NCBI GenBank assembly: GCA_963660925.1
Contig: CAVKZS010000001.1
Location: forward strand, 30,046 to 94,045
Origin: Eubacterium sp. CAG:38
GTDB taxonomy: Bacteria > Bacillota > Clostridia > Oscillospirales > Ruminococcaceae
Length of the DNA: 64,000 nt
Reading direction: 5' to 3'
Shown: one piece after another, positions 28,003-38,656 of the stretch
Position numbering within the stretch: position 1 is the stretch's first letter
Layout of the letters: each line of letters starts with the position of its first letter
The notes under the pieces: generated by a model
Told to the model about the DNA's origin: nothing
The model's input: the letters and a program-made list of their open reading frames with translations, nothing else
The model's database searches: none
Translations under genes and position numbers: made by a program

Positions 28003-29712
28003 ATGAGATTCGATCGTCGTATTTCGCGCCGCAGCTTTCTGGCAGCTGCCGGTGTCACCTCTGCTGCTCTGGCACTGACTGCCTGCGGCGGCTCGTCCAG
28101 CACGGCAGCTTCTTCTACGGCTGCTTCCACCGGCGCAAGCTCCGCAGCAGCTGGCACTGCAGCGGGCGGCACGCTGAACATCATGCTGGAGACCGAGGTC
28201 CAGTCTCTGGACCCGCAGGTGGCCACCGACGGCACCTCCTTTGAAGTCATCGCCGACTACACCGACGGCCTGATGCAGATGGATGCCGACGGTGCTGCGA
28301 TCCCGGCCATTGCCGAGACCTACGACATCAGCGAGGACGGCAAGACCTACACCTTCCACCTGCGCAACGCCAAGTGGTCCAACGGCGATGCCGTGACCGC
28401 CGCCGACTTCGTGTTCGGCTGGCAGCGTGCCGTCGATCCCGCAACGGCTTCCGAGTATTCGTATATGCTGTCCGACATCGGTCAGGTGGTCAACGCCGCC
28501 GAGATCATTGCCGGCGAGAAGCCCGTCACCGATCTGGGCGTGACCGCCGTCGATGACAAGACCCTCGAAGTCCAGCTGAACGTTCCCGTCAGCTACTTCC
28601 TGAGCCTGATGTACTTCCCGACCTTCTACCCGGTCAACGAAGCCTTCTACAACACCTGCGCCGACACCTTCGGCACCAGCCCCGACACGGTGCTGTCCAA
28701 CGGTGCCTTCGTCCTGACCGACTATCAGCCCGCTGCCACCGCATTTGAGCTGACCAAGAACCCCGATTACTACGACGCCGATAAGATCGCGCTGGACGGT
28801 CTGGCCTATCAGGTCATCAAGGACAGCCAGCAGGCTCTGATGAGCTATCAGACCGGCGCACTGGATATGACCCTGCTGAACGGCGAACAGGTCGATCAGG
28901 TCAAGGACGATCCCGAGTTTACCAGCGTGGGTGCCGGTTACCTGTGGTACATCAGCCCCAACATCTCCGGTGTGCCCGATCTGGTCAACGAGAACCTGCG
29001 CAAGGCCATCACCTTCGCACTGGACCGTGACGCCATCACCAACGATGTGCTGAAGGATGGTTCCGCCCCCTGCTACACCGCCGTTCCTCCGCAGTTCGCA
29101 ACCGGTCCCGACGGCAGCGACTTTGCCGCCGACCAGACCCAGTTCTCCGAGTACTGCGCTTACGATGCAGACAAAGCCAAGGAGTATTACGAAGCCGCCA
29201 AGAGCGAGCTTGGCAAGGATTCCTTCACCTTTGATATGGTCGTGGATGCCGACGATGCACCCCAGAAGGTCGCACAGGTCGTCAAGGAGCAGCTGGAGAC
29301 CACGCTGGACGGCTTCACCCTGAACCTGACCGTTGAGCCCAAGAAGCAGCGCGTGCAGGATATGCAGGACGGCACCTTTGAGATCGGCCTGACCCGCTGG
29401 GGCCCCGACTACGCCGACCCGATGACCTACCTCGGTATGTGGGTCACCGGCAACTCCAACAACTACGGTCTGTGGAGCGACGCCGATTACGATGCCATCA
29501 TTGATGAGTGCACCACCGGCGACCTCTGCACCGATCCCGAGGGCCGCTGGGCTGCCCTGTACGAGGCCGAGCAGATCGTCCTCGAGCAGGCCGTCATCTT
29601 CCCGCTGTACGGCCAGTGCAACGCCGAGATGATCTCCAGCAAGGTCACAGGCGTCGAGCATCACCCCTGTGCTCTGAACCGCGTGTACAAGAACACCGTC
29701 AAGAGCGAGTAA
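28003..29712 (+). CDS. oppA: Oligopeptide ABC transporter substrate-binding lipoprotein with twin-arginine signal
   Basis: SRRSFL Tat motif, LTAC lipobox, family-5 signature YTFHLRNAKWSNG, and WGPDYADP. Confidence 0.92.
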   Translation: MRFDRRISRRSFLAAAGVTSAALALTACGGSSSTAASSTAASTGASSAAAGTAAGGTLNIMLETEVQSLDPQVATDGTSFEVIADYTDGLMQMDADGAAIPAIAETYDISEDGKTYTFHLRNAKWSNGDAVTAADFVFGWQRAVDPATASEYSYMLSDIGQVVNAAEIIAGEKPVTDLGVTAVDDKTLEVQLNVPVSYFLSLMYFPTFYPVNEAFYNTCADTFGTSPDTVLSNGAFVLTDYQPAATAFELTKNPDYYDADKIALDGLAYQVIKDSQQALMSYQTGALDMTLLNGEQVDQVKDDPEFTSVGAGYLWYISPNISGVPDLVNENLRKAITFALDRDAITNDVLKDGSAPCYTAVPPQFATGPDGSDFAADQTQFSEYCAYDADKAKEYYEAAKSELGKDSFTFDMVVDADDAPQKVAQVVKEQLETTLDGFTLNLTVEPKKQRVQDMQDGTFEIGLTRWGPDYADPMTYLGMWVTGNSNNYGLWSDADYDAIIDECTTGDLCTDPEGRWAALYEAEQIVLEQAVIFPLYGQCNAEMISSKVTGVEHHPCALNRVYKNTVKSE

Positions 29713-29733
29713 AGAACAACTGAACAGCTGAAC

Positions 29734-29780
29734 CAAAGGCCGCACAGTGGCCCCTGCAAAAAGCCACTGTGCGCCTTTTT
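29734..29780 (+). terminator. oppA-oppB intergenic hairpin (partial terminator or mRNA stabiliser)
   Basis: GCACAGTGGC / GCCACTGTGC stem followed by TTTTT. Confidence 0.65.
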
Positions 29781-29863
29781 GCCATTGCAGCTGTCCGCGG
29801 CTGGCGCACGATTGGCCGCAGAAAATGACAATTCCGAAACCCGGATAAAGGGGGTTACCCGAC

Positions 29864-30799
29864 GTGAAAAAATACACACTCAAGCGCATCCTCACCTCGC
29901 TGTTTACCCTGCTGGCCATCCTGCTGGTGCTGTTCATCCTGATGCAGCTGATGCCCGGCTCGCCCTTCAACGACGAGAAGCTGACGGCCGATATGCGCGC
30001 CGCGCTGTACGCCAAGTACGGCCTCGATCAGCCCATTTACATTCAGTTCTTCCGCTATGTCGGCAATATGCTGCGGGGCGATCTGGGTGTAAGCTACAAC
30101 ATCTCCAAGAATACGCCCATCTCCCAGCTGGTGCAGGCCCGCCTGCCCGTCTCCATCCAGATCGGCGGCATGGCCGTCACGCTGGGTGCCTTGGTAGGTC
30201 TGGTGCTTGGCATCATCGCCGCCCTCAAGCGGGACACCATCTTCGACACCATCGCCACCATCATTTCGGTCATCGGCGTGTCGGTGCCCTCCTACGTCTT
30301 TGCACTGGCGTTGAGCTACACCTTCGGCTTCAAGCTGCAGTGGTTCCCGATGCTGTTCTCCGCCAAGGACATCTTTGGTTCCAGCGTCCTGCCCAGCATC
30401 TCGCTGTCCATGTTTACCATGGCGTCCATCGCCCGCTTCACACGCAGTGAAATGATCGAAGTCCTCGACTCCGACTATATGCTGCTGGCCGAGAGCAAGG
30501 GCATCTCCGGCCCGGCGTTGATCTTCCGCCACGCTTTGCGCAACGCCCTGATCCCCATCATCACCGTGCTGGCCCCGCTCATCGTGGACCTGATGACCGG
30601 CTCGCTGGTGGTCGAGAAGATCTTTGCGATCCCGGGCGTCGGCAGCCTGCTGGTGACCGCCATCCAGTCCAACGACTACAATGTGGTCATTGGTCTGAGC
30701 TTCATTTACAGTGCCATGTACATCGGCATCATGCTGGTGGTCGATCTGCTGTACGGCATCATCGACCCGAGAATTCGTCTGGCAAAGGGGGATGATTGA
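29864..30799 (+). CDS. oppB: Oligopeptide ABC permease
   Basis: GTG start, MPGSPF, GDLGVS, HALRNALIP and VEKIFAIPG motifs. Confidence 0.92.
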   Translation: MKKYTLKRILTSLFTLLAILLVLFILMQLMPGSPFNDEKLTADMRAALYAKYGLDQPIYIQFFRYVGNMLRGDLGVSYNISKNTPISQLVQARLPVSIQIGGMAVTLGALVGLVLGIIAALKRDTIFDTIATIISVIGVSVPSYVFALALSYTFGFKLQWFPMLFSAKDIFGSSVLPSISLSMFTMASIARFTRSEMIEVLDSDYMLLAESKGISGPALIFRHALRNALIPIITVLAPLIVDLMTGSLVVEKIFAIPGVGSLLVTAIQSNDYNVVIGLSFIYSAMYIGIMLVVDLLYGIIDPRIRLAKGDD

Positions 30800-30801
30800 C
30801 C

Positions 30802-31905
30802 ATGGCAGAAAAAGCGATCCGTCTGGGCGGCGAAAGCACTGCCGCCGCCATCACCAAGGCCGTCAACGACTCCTTCCCGGAGCACACCTTTGACGCAGCC
30901 GATTTCACCCTCAAGCACAACGATGCCGAGATCGCGGTGGACACCAACTTCGCGGCACAGAGCTTCTGGAAAGACGCCCGCATCCGCTTCTTCCGCAAGA
31001 AGAGTGCCGTGCTGGGCCTTGTCCTCATCGTCGTCATCGTCCTGCTGGCCATCTTTGGCCCGGGCATGAACAGCTACACCTACTCCGGGCAGGACCTGAG
31101 CCAGAAGAACTTCGCGCCCCGCGTGCCCGGCATTGAGCAGTTCGGCATTCTGGACGGCAGTGAGAAGATGAGCACCACCACCGGCTCCAAGATCATCAAC
31201 AACTATGTCGAAAAGGGCAAGACCGACGTCTACTACTGGTTCGGCAGCGACCTGTACGGCCGCGACATCTGGACCCGTACTTGGGAGGGTGCCCGGGTCT
31301 CCCTCATCATCGCGGTGGCCGCCGCCGTCATCGACATGGTGATCGGCATGAGCTACGGCCTGATCTCGGGCTATTTCGGCGGAAAAGTCGATATGCTGAT
31401 GCAGCGGTTCCTCGAGATCGCCAACGGCATTCCCCGTCTGGTCATCGTGACGCTGCTGCTGTTGGTCCTGCAGCCCGGTATGCTGACCATCATCTTCGCC
31501 CTGATGCTTACCGAGTGGGTCGGCATGAGCCGCATCGCCCGCGCCGAGATGCTCAAGCTGAAAGATCAGGAATTCGTGCTGGCGTCCCGGACGCTGGGTG
31601 CAGGCAGCTTCTTCATCATCTTCAAGGAAGTGCTCCCCAACATCATCGGACCCATCATCACGCAGGTCATGTTCAGCATCCCCACCGCCATCTTCACCGA
31701 GGCGTTCCTTTCCTTCGTGGGTCTGGGCATCCCGGTGCCCCAGTGCTCACTGGGTTCTCTGATCAGCGAGCTGTACAACAGCTTTACCACCCATCCGTAC
31801 CAGATCATCCCGCCCATCGTGGTCATGAGCCTGCTGATGCTCAGCTTCAACCTCGTGGCCGACGGCCTGCGGGAAGCTCTGGATCCCAAGATGAAGAGTA
31901 TGTAA
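30802..31905 (+). CDS. oppC: Oligopeptide ABC permease
   Basis: FGSDLYGRD, EAFLSFVGLG and DGLREALDP motifs. Confidence 0.92.
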   Translation: MAEKAIRLGGESTAAAITKAVNDSFPEHTFDAADFTLKHNDAEIAVDTNFAAQSFWKDARIRFFRKKSAVLGLVLIVVIVLLAIFGPGMNSYTYSGQDLSQKNFAPRVPGIEQFGILDGSEKMSTTTGSKIINNYVEKGKTDVYYWFGSDLYGRDIWTRTWEGARVSLIIAVAAAVIDMVIGMSYGLISGYFGGKVDMLMQRFLEIANGIPRLVIVTLLLLVLQPGMLTIIFALMLTEWVGMSRIARAEMLKLKDQEFVLASRTLGAGSFFIIFKEVLPNIIGPIITQVMFSIPTAIFTEAFLSFVGLGIPVPQCSLGSLISELYNSFTTHPYQIIPPIVVMSLLMLSFNLVADGLREALDPKMKSM

Positions 31906-31921
31906 AAGGAGGCAGCACACC

Positions 31922-33019
31922 ATGCCTGAGAACAAAAAAGAACAGGTTCTGTCGGTGCGTGACCTCGACATTACCTTTAAGACTACCGCAGGCCCCGTCC
32001 ACGCCATCCGCGGCGTGAACATCGACCTGTACAAAGGCGAGACGGTGGCTCTGGTGGGCGAGTCCGGTTCGGGCAAGTCCGTCACCATGAAAGCCGCCAT
32101 GGGCATTCTGGCCCAGAACGCCACCGTCAACAGCGGCTCCATCCAGTTCAGCTACCATCACGCCGACGGCAGTCCCGAGACCGTGGACCTGCTGCAGAAG
32201 GACAAGAAGTGGATCCGCCGCCACATCAACGGTAAGCGGATCGCCATGGTCTTTCAGGATCCCATGACCAGCCTTGACCCCACCATGCAGATCGGCAAGC
32301 AGATCATGGAGGGAATGCTCTGGCACTTCAAGATGCCGAAAGCCGAAGCCTACAAGAAGGCCGTCGAGCTGCTGGAAGAGGTCGGCATCACCGACGCCGA
32401 AAAGCGGATGAAGAGCTACCCGCACCAGCTCTCCGGCGGTATGCGGCAGCGCGTGGTCATCGCCATCGCACTGGCCTGCGACCCCGACCTGCTGATCTGC
32501 GACGAGCCCACCACCGCACTGGACGTGACCATTCAGGCCAAGATCCTTGAGCTGATCCGCTCCATCCAGAAGGAGCGCGGCATCTCGGTCATCTACATCA
32601 CTCACGATCTGGGCGTGGTGGCCAAGGTCGCCGACTATGTGGACGTCATGTACGCCGGCAAGATCGTCGAGACCGGCACCATCGACGAGATCTTCTACGA
32701 TCCGCGCCACCCCTACACTTGGGGCCTGCTGTCGGCCATGCCCGATCTGGACACCGCCGACGACCGCCTGTATACCATCCCGGGTTCGCCACCGAACCTG
32801 CTGCATGAGAAGCCGGGCGATGCCTTTGCGCCCCGCAACCACTTCGCCCTCAAGATCGACGATGAGGTGGAACCGCCCATGTTCAAGATCACCGACACCC
32901 ACTATGCGGCCACTTGGCTGCTGGATCCCCGTGCGCCCAAGGTCGAAATGCCGCCGGAGCTGCAGCAGCGGATCGCCCGGATGAAGGCTGAAGCAAAAAA
33001 GATCGAGGAGGCGGAGTAA
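31922..33019 (+). CDS. oppD: Oligopeptide ABC ATPase
   Basis: [24 protein letters not shown] and HPYT motifs. Confidence 0.94.
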   Translation: MPENKKEQVLSVRDLDITFKTTAGPVHAIRGVNIDLYKGETVALVGESGSGKSVTMKAAMGILAQNATVNSGSIQFSYHHADGSPETVDLLQKDKKWIRRHINGKRIAMVFQDPMTSLDPTMQIGKQIMEGMLWHFKMPKAEAYKKAVELLEEVGITDAEKRMKSYPHQLSGGMRQRVVIAIALACDPDLLICDEPTTALDVTIQAKILELIRSIQKERGISVIYITHDLGVVAKVADYVDVMYAGKIVETGTIDEIFYDPRHPYTWGLLSAMPDLDTADDRLYTIPGSPPNLLHEKPGDAFAPRNHFALKIDDEVEPPMFKITDTHYAATWLLDPRAPKVEMPPELQQRIARMKAEAKKIEEAE

Positions 33020-33952
33020 ATGGCAGCACAATCGGCTACCCCTCTGCTGAAAGTCGAGGGTTTGAAACAGTATTTCCGCGTCAACAAGAATTTCACGGTC
33101 AAGGCCGTGGACGACGTGAGTTTTGAGATCTATCCCGGCGAGACCTATGGTCTGGTGGGCGAGTCCGGCTCGGGCAAATCCACCATCGGCCGGAGCATCA
33201 TCCGGCTGTACGACCCCACCGCCGGCAAGATCACATTCGACGGGCAGGACATCAGCGGCAAGCTGACCCACGCCCAGAACGCCACCCTGCGCACCCAGAT
33301 GCAGATGATCTTTCAGGACCCCATGGCGTCCCTGAACCCCCGCAAGAAGGTGGAGGACATCATCGGCGAGGGTCTGGACATCCACCATATGTACAAGACG
33401 CAGGACGAACGCCGCGAGAAGGTGGAGCGCATTCTCGCCAAGGTCGGCCTTGCGCCCGAGCACGCCGAGCGGTACCCCCACCAGTTCTCCGGCGGCCAGC
33501 GGCAGCGCGTCGGCATCGCCCGCGCCCTCATCATGAACCCCAAGCTCATCATCGCCGATGAGTGCATCTCGGCTCTGGACGTGTCCATTCAGGCGCAGGT
33601 GGTCAACCTGATGAAGGACATCCAGCAGGAGACGGGCACGGCCTATCTCTTCATCGCCCACGACCTGTCCATGGTCAAGTACATCTCCGACCGGATCGGC
33701 GTGCTCCATCTGGGCCACCTGCTGGAGACCGGCACCACCGAGGAGATCTTCGCCACCCCCATCCACCCCTACACCCGGAGCCTGCTGTCGGCCATCCCCC
33801 TGCCGAACCCCGTGGTCGAAAAACGCCGCGTCGCCGAGACCTACGACTACGCCACCTCCGGCATCGACTACAACAAGGGCACCAGCCACCATGTCAGCGG
33901 CAGCCACTACGTCAAATGCACCGACGAAGAATTCGCCAAGTGGTGTAAGTAA
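33020..33952 (+). CDS. oppF: Oligopeptide ABC ATPase
   Basis: [17 protein letters not shown] and AHDLSMV motifs. Confidence 0.94.
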   Translation: MAAQSATPLLKVEGLKQYFRVNKNFTVKAVDDVSFEIYPGETYGLVGESGSGKSTIGRSIIRLYDPTAGKITFDGQDISGKLTHAQNATLRTQMQMIFQDPMASLNPRKKVEDIIGEGLDIHHMYKTQDERREKVERILAKVGLAPEHAERYPHQFSGGQRQRVGIARALIMNPKLIIADECISALDVSIQAQVVNLMKDIQQETGTAYLFIAHDLSMVKYISDRIGVLHLGHLLETGTTEEIFATPIHPYTRSLLSAIPLPNPVVEKRRVAETYDYATSGIDYNKGTSHHVSGSHYVKCTDEEFAKWCK

Positions 33953-33961
33953 ATTTGCAGC

Positions 33962-33995
33962 AAAAAATCCCTGCACGGCTGTGCAGGGATTTTTT
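33962..33995. terminator. Bidirectional terminator
   Basis: AAAAAATCCCTGCAC / GTGCAGGGATTTTTT. Confidence 0.88.
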
Positions 33996-34016
33996 CGTTT
34001 TCATCTTCAAATTGTT

Positions 34017-34850
34017 TCAGTGCGCCGGGCGGAAATCGGCCGGGCAGACTTCTCCGCCCTGTGCAAGGAGTTGCCGGAGTATCTGCATGACGCCCTGCTC
34101 CCAGTGGGGCGGCGCGAGGAAAGGTACCCGCTGGCGGAGGGGCAGACTGCCGTTTTCCATCAGGAAGCCATAGCGGGCCGTTTCCAGCATCTCCGCGTCG
34201 TTGTAGGTGTCACCGAAAGCCATCATGCTGCTGGCCGGGATGCCGAGCTTTTCGCCCAGAATGGCCAGTGCCGCGCCCTTGTGGACGCCGGGGTTCATGA
34301 TGTCTACCCAGTTCTTACCCGCGACGGCCACCGAAAATTCCGTGCCGCAGGCCGGGCCGTAGAGGGTGTCGAAGGCTTCCTGTGCGTTGTCCCGGGGCAG
34401 ATAGATTGTGAACTTGTCCGCCGGGGCTGTCACCTCCGTCAGATCGTCCACATATTCCACCCGGGTGTAAAACTGCTTCATCACGGCGTCGTACTGCTGG
34501 TACTGCCGCTCCACATAGGCACTTTTCAGCCCGCAGAGGACGGCCACATCCCCGGCCTGACGGCTCTTGCGGGCCAGCGCACGCCAGCCCTCGGGCGGCA
34601 TCTCGGAGGTGTAGAGGTCCTCGCCGTTCCAGCGGATGGCACCGCCGTTGTCGCCGATCAGGATCATCTCCCGGCGCAGGGTCGGGAACATCTCTTCCAA
34701 GGTATAGAGCGGCCGGCCGCTGGCGGCAGCGAAATGGATCCCCCGCGCGGCCAGAGCCTTGACCGTCGGCACGAAATCTGGCGGGAGCTGGCTGTGCTCG
34801 TCCAGCAGCGTCGCGTCCATATCCGACGCGATCAGGCGAATGCGGTCCAT
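34017..34850 (-). CDS. Cof-type HAD-IIB phosphatase
   Basis: SDMDATLL, ASGR, KG and FGDTYNDAEM motifs. Confidence 0.9.
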   Translation of the reverse strand: MDRIRLIASDMDATLLDEHSQLPPDFVPTVKALAARGIHFAAASGRPLYTLEEMFPTLRREMILIGDNGGAIRWNGEDLYTSEMPPEGWRALARKSRQAGDVAVLCGLKSAYVERQYQQYDAVMKQFYTRVEYVDDLTEVTAPADKFTIYLPRDNAQEAFDTLYGPACGTEFSVAVAGKNWVDIMNPGVHKGAALAILGEKLGIPASSMMAFGDTYNDAEMLETARYGFLMENGSLPLRQRVPFLAPPHWEQGVMQILRQLLAQGGEVCPADFRPAH

Positions 34851-34863
34851 CGGCGGTTCTCCT

Positions 34864-36549
34864 TTATCCCATGTAGCTGATGTTCACATCCAGCTGGCCG
34901 CTGTACCCGCTAATCCGGGCCGAGCAGCTGCCCTGCCACAGATTGCAGGCGATGGGGCTTGACGCGACGTTGTAGTGGGCGTTCCAGATGCTGTATCCGG
35001 TCAGCTGGCTCAGATCGAGCCGCTTGCGGAACCACTGGGTGGAAGCATACACACCCGGCTGATAGCCCAGAGCCTTGACCTCCTCGCAGAAGGCGATGGC
35101 GCACTTGGTGCGGTCGGCCTGTCCCAGACCATCGGCACGTCCGCCGCCGTTGGAGGCACCGGAAGCCTCGCTGTCAAAGTAGATGGGGTAATCGAGTCCG
35201 CGGCCATTCAGGACATACCAGCAGCCCTGCGCTTCTTCCCGGGCCTCGTTCTCGTTGACGGCCTGACTGAAGAAGTAGACGCCCACCTTCAGGCCCGCAT
35301 TCCGGGCGTTGGTGAAGTGTTCCTCAAACATGGGATCCTGCACCAGCGTGCCGCTGCCGTAGCCGCGGTAGCCGATGCGGATGATGACAAAATTGACACC
35401 GGCCTGCTTGACCTGCTGCCAGTTGATCTTGGACTGATATTTGGACACATCAATGCCGAAGTTGGCGGCCGTCTGCACGCCGTTGGCATCAAAATAATAG
35501 AGCTTATTGTCGATGGCGCGGATGCCGGTGACCGGCTTATTGGTGCCCTGATCGTAATAATAGGTCTTACCGTTCACGGTGCGCCAGCCAGAATAGACCG
35601 GCTCGGCAGGCTTGGAAGATGCTGCCGGTTCATCCGTCTTGTCGTCGTCCTTGATGCCGAAGAACCACTTCCAGAGCCACTTGAAGAAGCCGTTCTCGCT
35701 GTCAAGGCAGGTGGTCTCCAACTCGCTCTCATCCAGCGTGCCGGCATCCAGTGCGGCGCGGATCTCTTCCGGGGTCAGCAGGATGGTGCCGTCCTCGGTG
35801 GTGATCTGTGCATCGGCCAGCTCCTCCTCAATGGAATTGGTGCCGGCAGTGGGCTGTTCGCTCACAGCCTCGGATTCTGCCGTGCTCTCGGCGGCTTCGG
35901 ACTCTGCGGGTGCTTCTTCCGGCTCTGCGGCAGGTTCCACGCTTTCAGCAGGAGCTTCCGCAGCGGGTTCGGTTTCTGCATTCTCATTTTCGACCGGCGT
36001 TTCTTCCGGGGCACTCAGCGGATCCTCTGCGGCCAGCTCTGCCGTCTCCTGCTGGAACTTCGGGAAGGCGTTCTCCTGCTCGATCTCCGCCGTGCTGCCC
36101 GCCATGGGGTCGGCCGGCGTTTCGGGCTGGGCCGGTGCTTCTGCGGCCGGTTCGGACGCGGCCGGAGCGGTTTTCTCCGGGGCTTCCGGCTGCTCAACAG
36201 GCTTGGATTCCGGCTTTGCTTCCGGCTTCTTCACCGTCTCGGGCTGGGTCGTCTCCGGCTCCTGCTGGGCCTGCGACGAAGCTTCCGGTTCGGTTTGGGT
36301 CGTTTCCGTCTTGGGATTTTTGGTGCTGTGGTTGTATTTTGCGTTCAGATCGGTAGATTCGCTCTCCCACCGCAGGGTGGTCGGTTCCACCGCAAGGCCC
36401 GTAGGCTGGGTGAGCAGCAGGGCCGTGGTGCCGGCCCCGCCCACCGCGACCGCCAGAGCCATGACCATAGCAGCCACGGCCTGCCCCACGCCGCGGCGTG
36501 CGCCCTTTCCTTTCTTTTCGGATGTGTTTTTATCTTTCATGCCGTTCAT
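34864..36549 (-). CDS. GH25 muramidase with N-terminal anchor, long acidic linker and cell-wall-binding repeats
   Basis: GIDVSKYQ, YFDSE (DxE) and LDVN motifs; GWRTVNGKTYYY repeat. Start may be at 36540. Confidence 0.88.
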   Translation of the reverse strand: MNGMKDKNTSEKKGKGARRGVGQAVAAMVMALAVAVGGAGTTALLLTQPTGLAVEPTTLRWESESTDLNAKYNHSTKNPKTETTQTEPEASSQAQQEPETTQPETVKKPEAKPESKPVEQPEAPEKTAPAASEPAAEAPAQPETPADPMAGSTAEIEQENAFPKFQQETAELAAEDPLSAPEETPVENENAETEPAAEAPAESVEPAAEPEEAPAESEAAESTAESEAVSEQPTAGTNSIEEELADAQITTEDGTILLTPEEIRAALDAGTLDESELETTCLDSENGFFKWLWKWFFGIKDDDKTDEPAASSKPAEPVYSGWRTVNGKTYYYDQGTNKPVTGIRAIDNKLYYFDANGVQTAANFGIDVSKYQSKINWQQVKQAGVNFVIIRIGYRGYGSGTLVQDPMFEEHFTNARNAGLKVGVYFFSQAVNENEAREEAQGCWYVLNGRGLDYPIYFDSEASGASNGGGRADGLGQADRTKCAIAFCEEVKALGYQPGVYASTQWFRKRLDLSQLTGYSIWNAHYNVASSPIACNLWQGSCSARISGYSGQLDVNISYMG

Positions 36550-36914
36550 TCTGCCTCCGCTTGATCGGGCATTTCCCGGTTTTTTTCATACGTTTCAAAG
36601 ACACTATTTTCACTCTTTCAGTATACACCCAACCCCCGGTCTGCGTCAATCGGCTTTGGCCGCAGGCGGCGGGCAGAGCCCAGATTTCACAACTCGGGCC
36701 GGTGTCTTGCTCCGCAGGAACATTCCGCTCCGGAGTGTATACGTTTTTCTGCACGGAAAAATTGCACCTGAAGCACGAAATCGGTCTTTTTCGGGCAAAT
36801 TTTCATTTTCCTCTTGCTGTCTTGACAGGTGTATGGTATCATGATGGTCATGCAGTTCGGTTGCAGTCAAACGCGGAACTTCAAGGACATCCAAGACAGA
36901 AAGGCAGAGTACTT

Positions 36915-37973
36915 ATGTCAAATGTAAAAGATTTCTTAAAACGCAAAGATATCGTCATCACGCCGCAGCGGTATCTGATCGAAGCCCTCGGTGCCATGGC
37001 GCAGGGTCTGTTCGCCAGCCTGCTGATCGGCACCATCATCAAGACGCTGGGCCAGCAGACCGGGCTGGACGTGCTCGTGGACCTCGGCAGTTATGCCACC
37101 GCCATGAGCGGCCCAGCCATGGCCGTCGCCATCGGCTGGGCACTCCACTGCCCGCCGCTGGTGCTGTTCAGTCTGGTCACGGTCGGCTACTCCTCTAACG
37201 CGCTGGGCGGGGCCGGCGGCCCGCTGGCCGTCCTCATCATCGCCATCGTTGCTTCGGAACTCGGCAAGGCTGTCAGCAAGGAGACCAAAGTAGACATCCT
37301 TGTGACTCCGCTGGTGACCATCTTTGCGGGCGTCGGCCTCTCGATGCTGATCGCGGCCCCCATCGGTGCCGCCGCCAGTCAGGTGGGTACCCTCATCATG
37401 TGGGCCACAGAGCAGGCTCCCTTCGTCATGGGCATTCTCGTCTCGGTCATCGTGGGCGTTGCCCTGACCCTGCCGATCTCTTCCGCTGCCATCTGCGCCG
37501 CACTGGGCCTGACGGGTCTGGCCGGCGGTGCGGCCGTGGCTGGCTGCTGCGCCCAGATGGTGGGCTTTGCCGTCATGAGCTATAAGGAGAACGGCGTCGG
37601 CGGTCTGGTCAGTCAGGGCCTCGGCACCAGTATGCTCCAGATGGGCAACATCGTCAAAAATCCCCGCATCTGGATCGCCCCCACCCTTGCCAGTGCCATC
37701 ACCGGCCCGCTGGCCACCTGCCTGTTCCATCTCGAGATGAACGGCGCGGCCGTCTCGTCCGGCATGGGTACCTGCGGTCTGGTGGGGCAGATCGGCGTGT
37801 ACACCGGCTGGGTCAACGACGTGGCCGCCGGCACCAAGGCCGCCATCACCCCGATGGACTGGGTCGGCATGGTGCTGATCTGCTTCGTCCTGCCCGCCGT
37901 GCTGAGTGTTCTCTTCTGCGAGATCGAGCGCAGGCTGGGCTGGATCAAAGAGGGCGACCTGAAGCTGGATTGA
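36915..37973 (+). CDS. PTS EIIC-like / PfoR-family membrane protein
   Basis: MAQGLFASLLIG, TLPISSAAI and GLGTSMLQ motifs; highly hydrophobic. Confidence 0.8.
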   Translation: MSNVKDFLKRKDIVITPQRYLIEALGAMAQGLFASLLIGTIIKTLGQQTGLDVLVDLGSYATAMSGPAMAVAIGWALHCPPLVLFSLVTVGYSSNALGGAGGPLAVLIIAIVASELGKAVSKETKVDILVTPLVTIFAGVGLSMLIAAPIGAAASQVGTLIMWATEQAPFVMGILVSVIVGVALTLPISSAAICAALGLTGLAGGAAVAGCCAQMVGFAVMSYKENGVGGLVSQGLGTSMLQMGNIVKNPRIWIAPTLASAITGPLATCLFHLEMNGAAVSSGMGTCGLVGQIGVYTGWVNDVAAGTKAAITPMDWVGMVLICFVLPAVLSVLFCEIERRLGWIKEGDLKLD

Positions 37974-37985
37974 TCCCCTGTTCTT

Positions 37986-38029
37986 GGCTCGCCCCTCGGG
38001 AGAGCTGGCGCGAATGCGCCTGAGAGGGC
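37986..38029. repeat. REP-like element, short monomer between convergent genes
   Basis: GGCTCGCCCCTCGGGAGAGCTGGCGC-GAAT-GCGCCTGAGAGGG. Confidence 0.65.
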
Positions 38030-38032
38030 ATT

Positions 38033-38527
38033 TTACAGCTTTTTGCCGTTGAGCACCGCTTCTTTCAGCACATCCTGCTCATACGTCAGTTTGAGAGAGA
38101 AGAAGGGCCGCTCTTCATCGAGCAGTTTCAGGAAGATCTTGTCCCCCTCCCAGATGGGAAGATCCTTCACCTGCTCCTTCGGCACCCACTCCAAAACGCC
38201 CTCATTGCAGGCGTCGCCCTTGATCATCGTGCCGGTCCACTCCGTCGCGGTGAAGAGGTGCATATACTCGGTCAGATCGTCCAGAATGAAGGTCACGATG
38301 CCCCGGTAGCGGTAGCGCGTCAGGGTCACACCCGTCTCTTCCCACACTTCGCGGAGCACACAGTCCTCCGGGCTTTCAAACCGCTCGAACTTTCCGCCCA
38401 CGCCGATCCACTTGTCCTTGTTCATGTCGTGCTCTTTCTTGACCCGGTGCAGCATCAGGTAGGCACCGTCTTTTTCCAGATAGCACAGGCTGGTGTTCAG
38501 CATCGGAAAGTTCGTGTTCAATTCCAT
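38033..38527 (-). CDS. NUDIX hydrolase (MutT/8-oxo-dGTPase-like)
   Basis: Nudix box GGKFERFESPEDCVLREVWEETG. Confidence 0.9.
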   Translation of the reverse strand: MELNTNFPMLNTSLCYLEKDGAYLMLHRVKKEHDMNKDKWIGVGGKFERFESPEDCVLREVWEETGVTLTRYRYRGIVTFILDDLTEYMHLFTATEWTGTMIKGDACNEGVLEWVPKEQVKDLPIWEGDKIFLKLLDEERPFFSLKLTYEQDVLKEAVLNGKKL

Positions 38528-38538
38528 TGGTTTTCTCC

Positions 38539-38576
38539 TTTAAATCCCTATATTCTATTTAAATCCCTATATTCTA
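38539..38576. repeat. 19-bp perfect tandem duplication
   Basis: TTTAAATCCCTATATTCTA occurs twice in tandem in the NUDIX leader. Confidence 0.85.
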
Positions 38577-38591
38577 TTATATAGAACATAT

Positions 38592-38625
38592 AAGGCGTTC
38601 CGCAGGGTCTCCTACGGAACGCCTT
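38592..38625. terminator. Hairpin downstream of the ricin-domain gene
   Basis: AAGGCGTTCCG / CGGAACGCCTT. Confidence 0.6.
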
Positions 38626-38656
38626 TGTCGTTTCACGTTATTTCAGAATATTTGTC

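Noticed and set aside
36846..36914. Hairpin (AGTTC...GAACT) in the leader of the PfoR-like gene as a riboswitch
   Set aside because: No riboswitch consensus I can recognise and no expression platform; an Rfam search would be needed.
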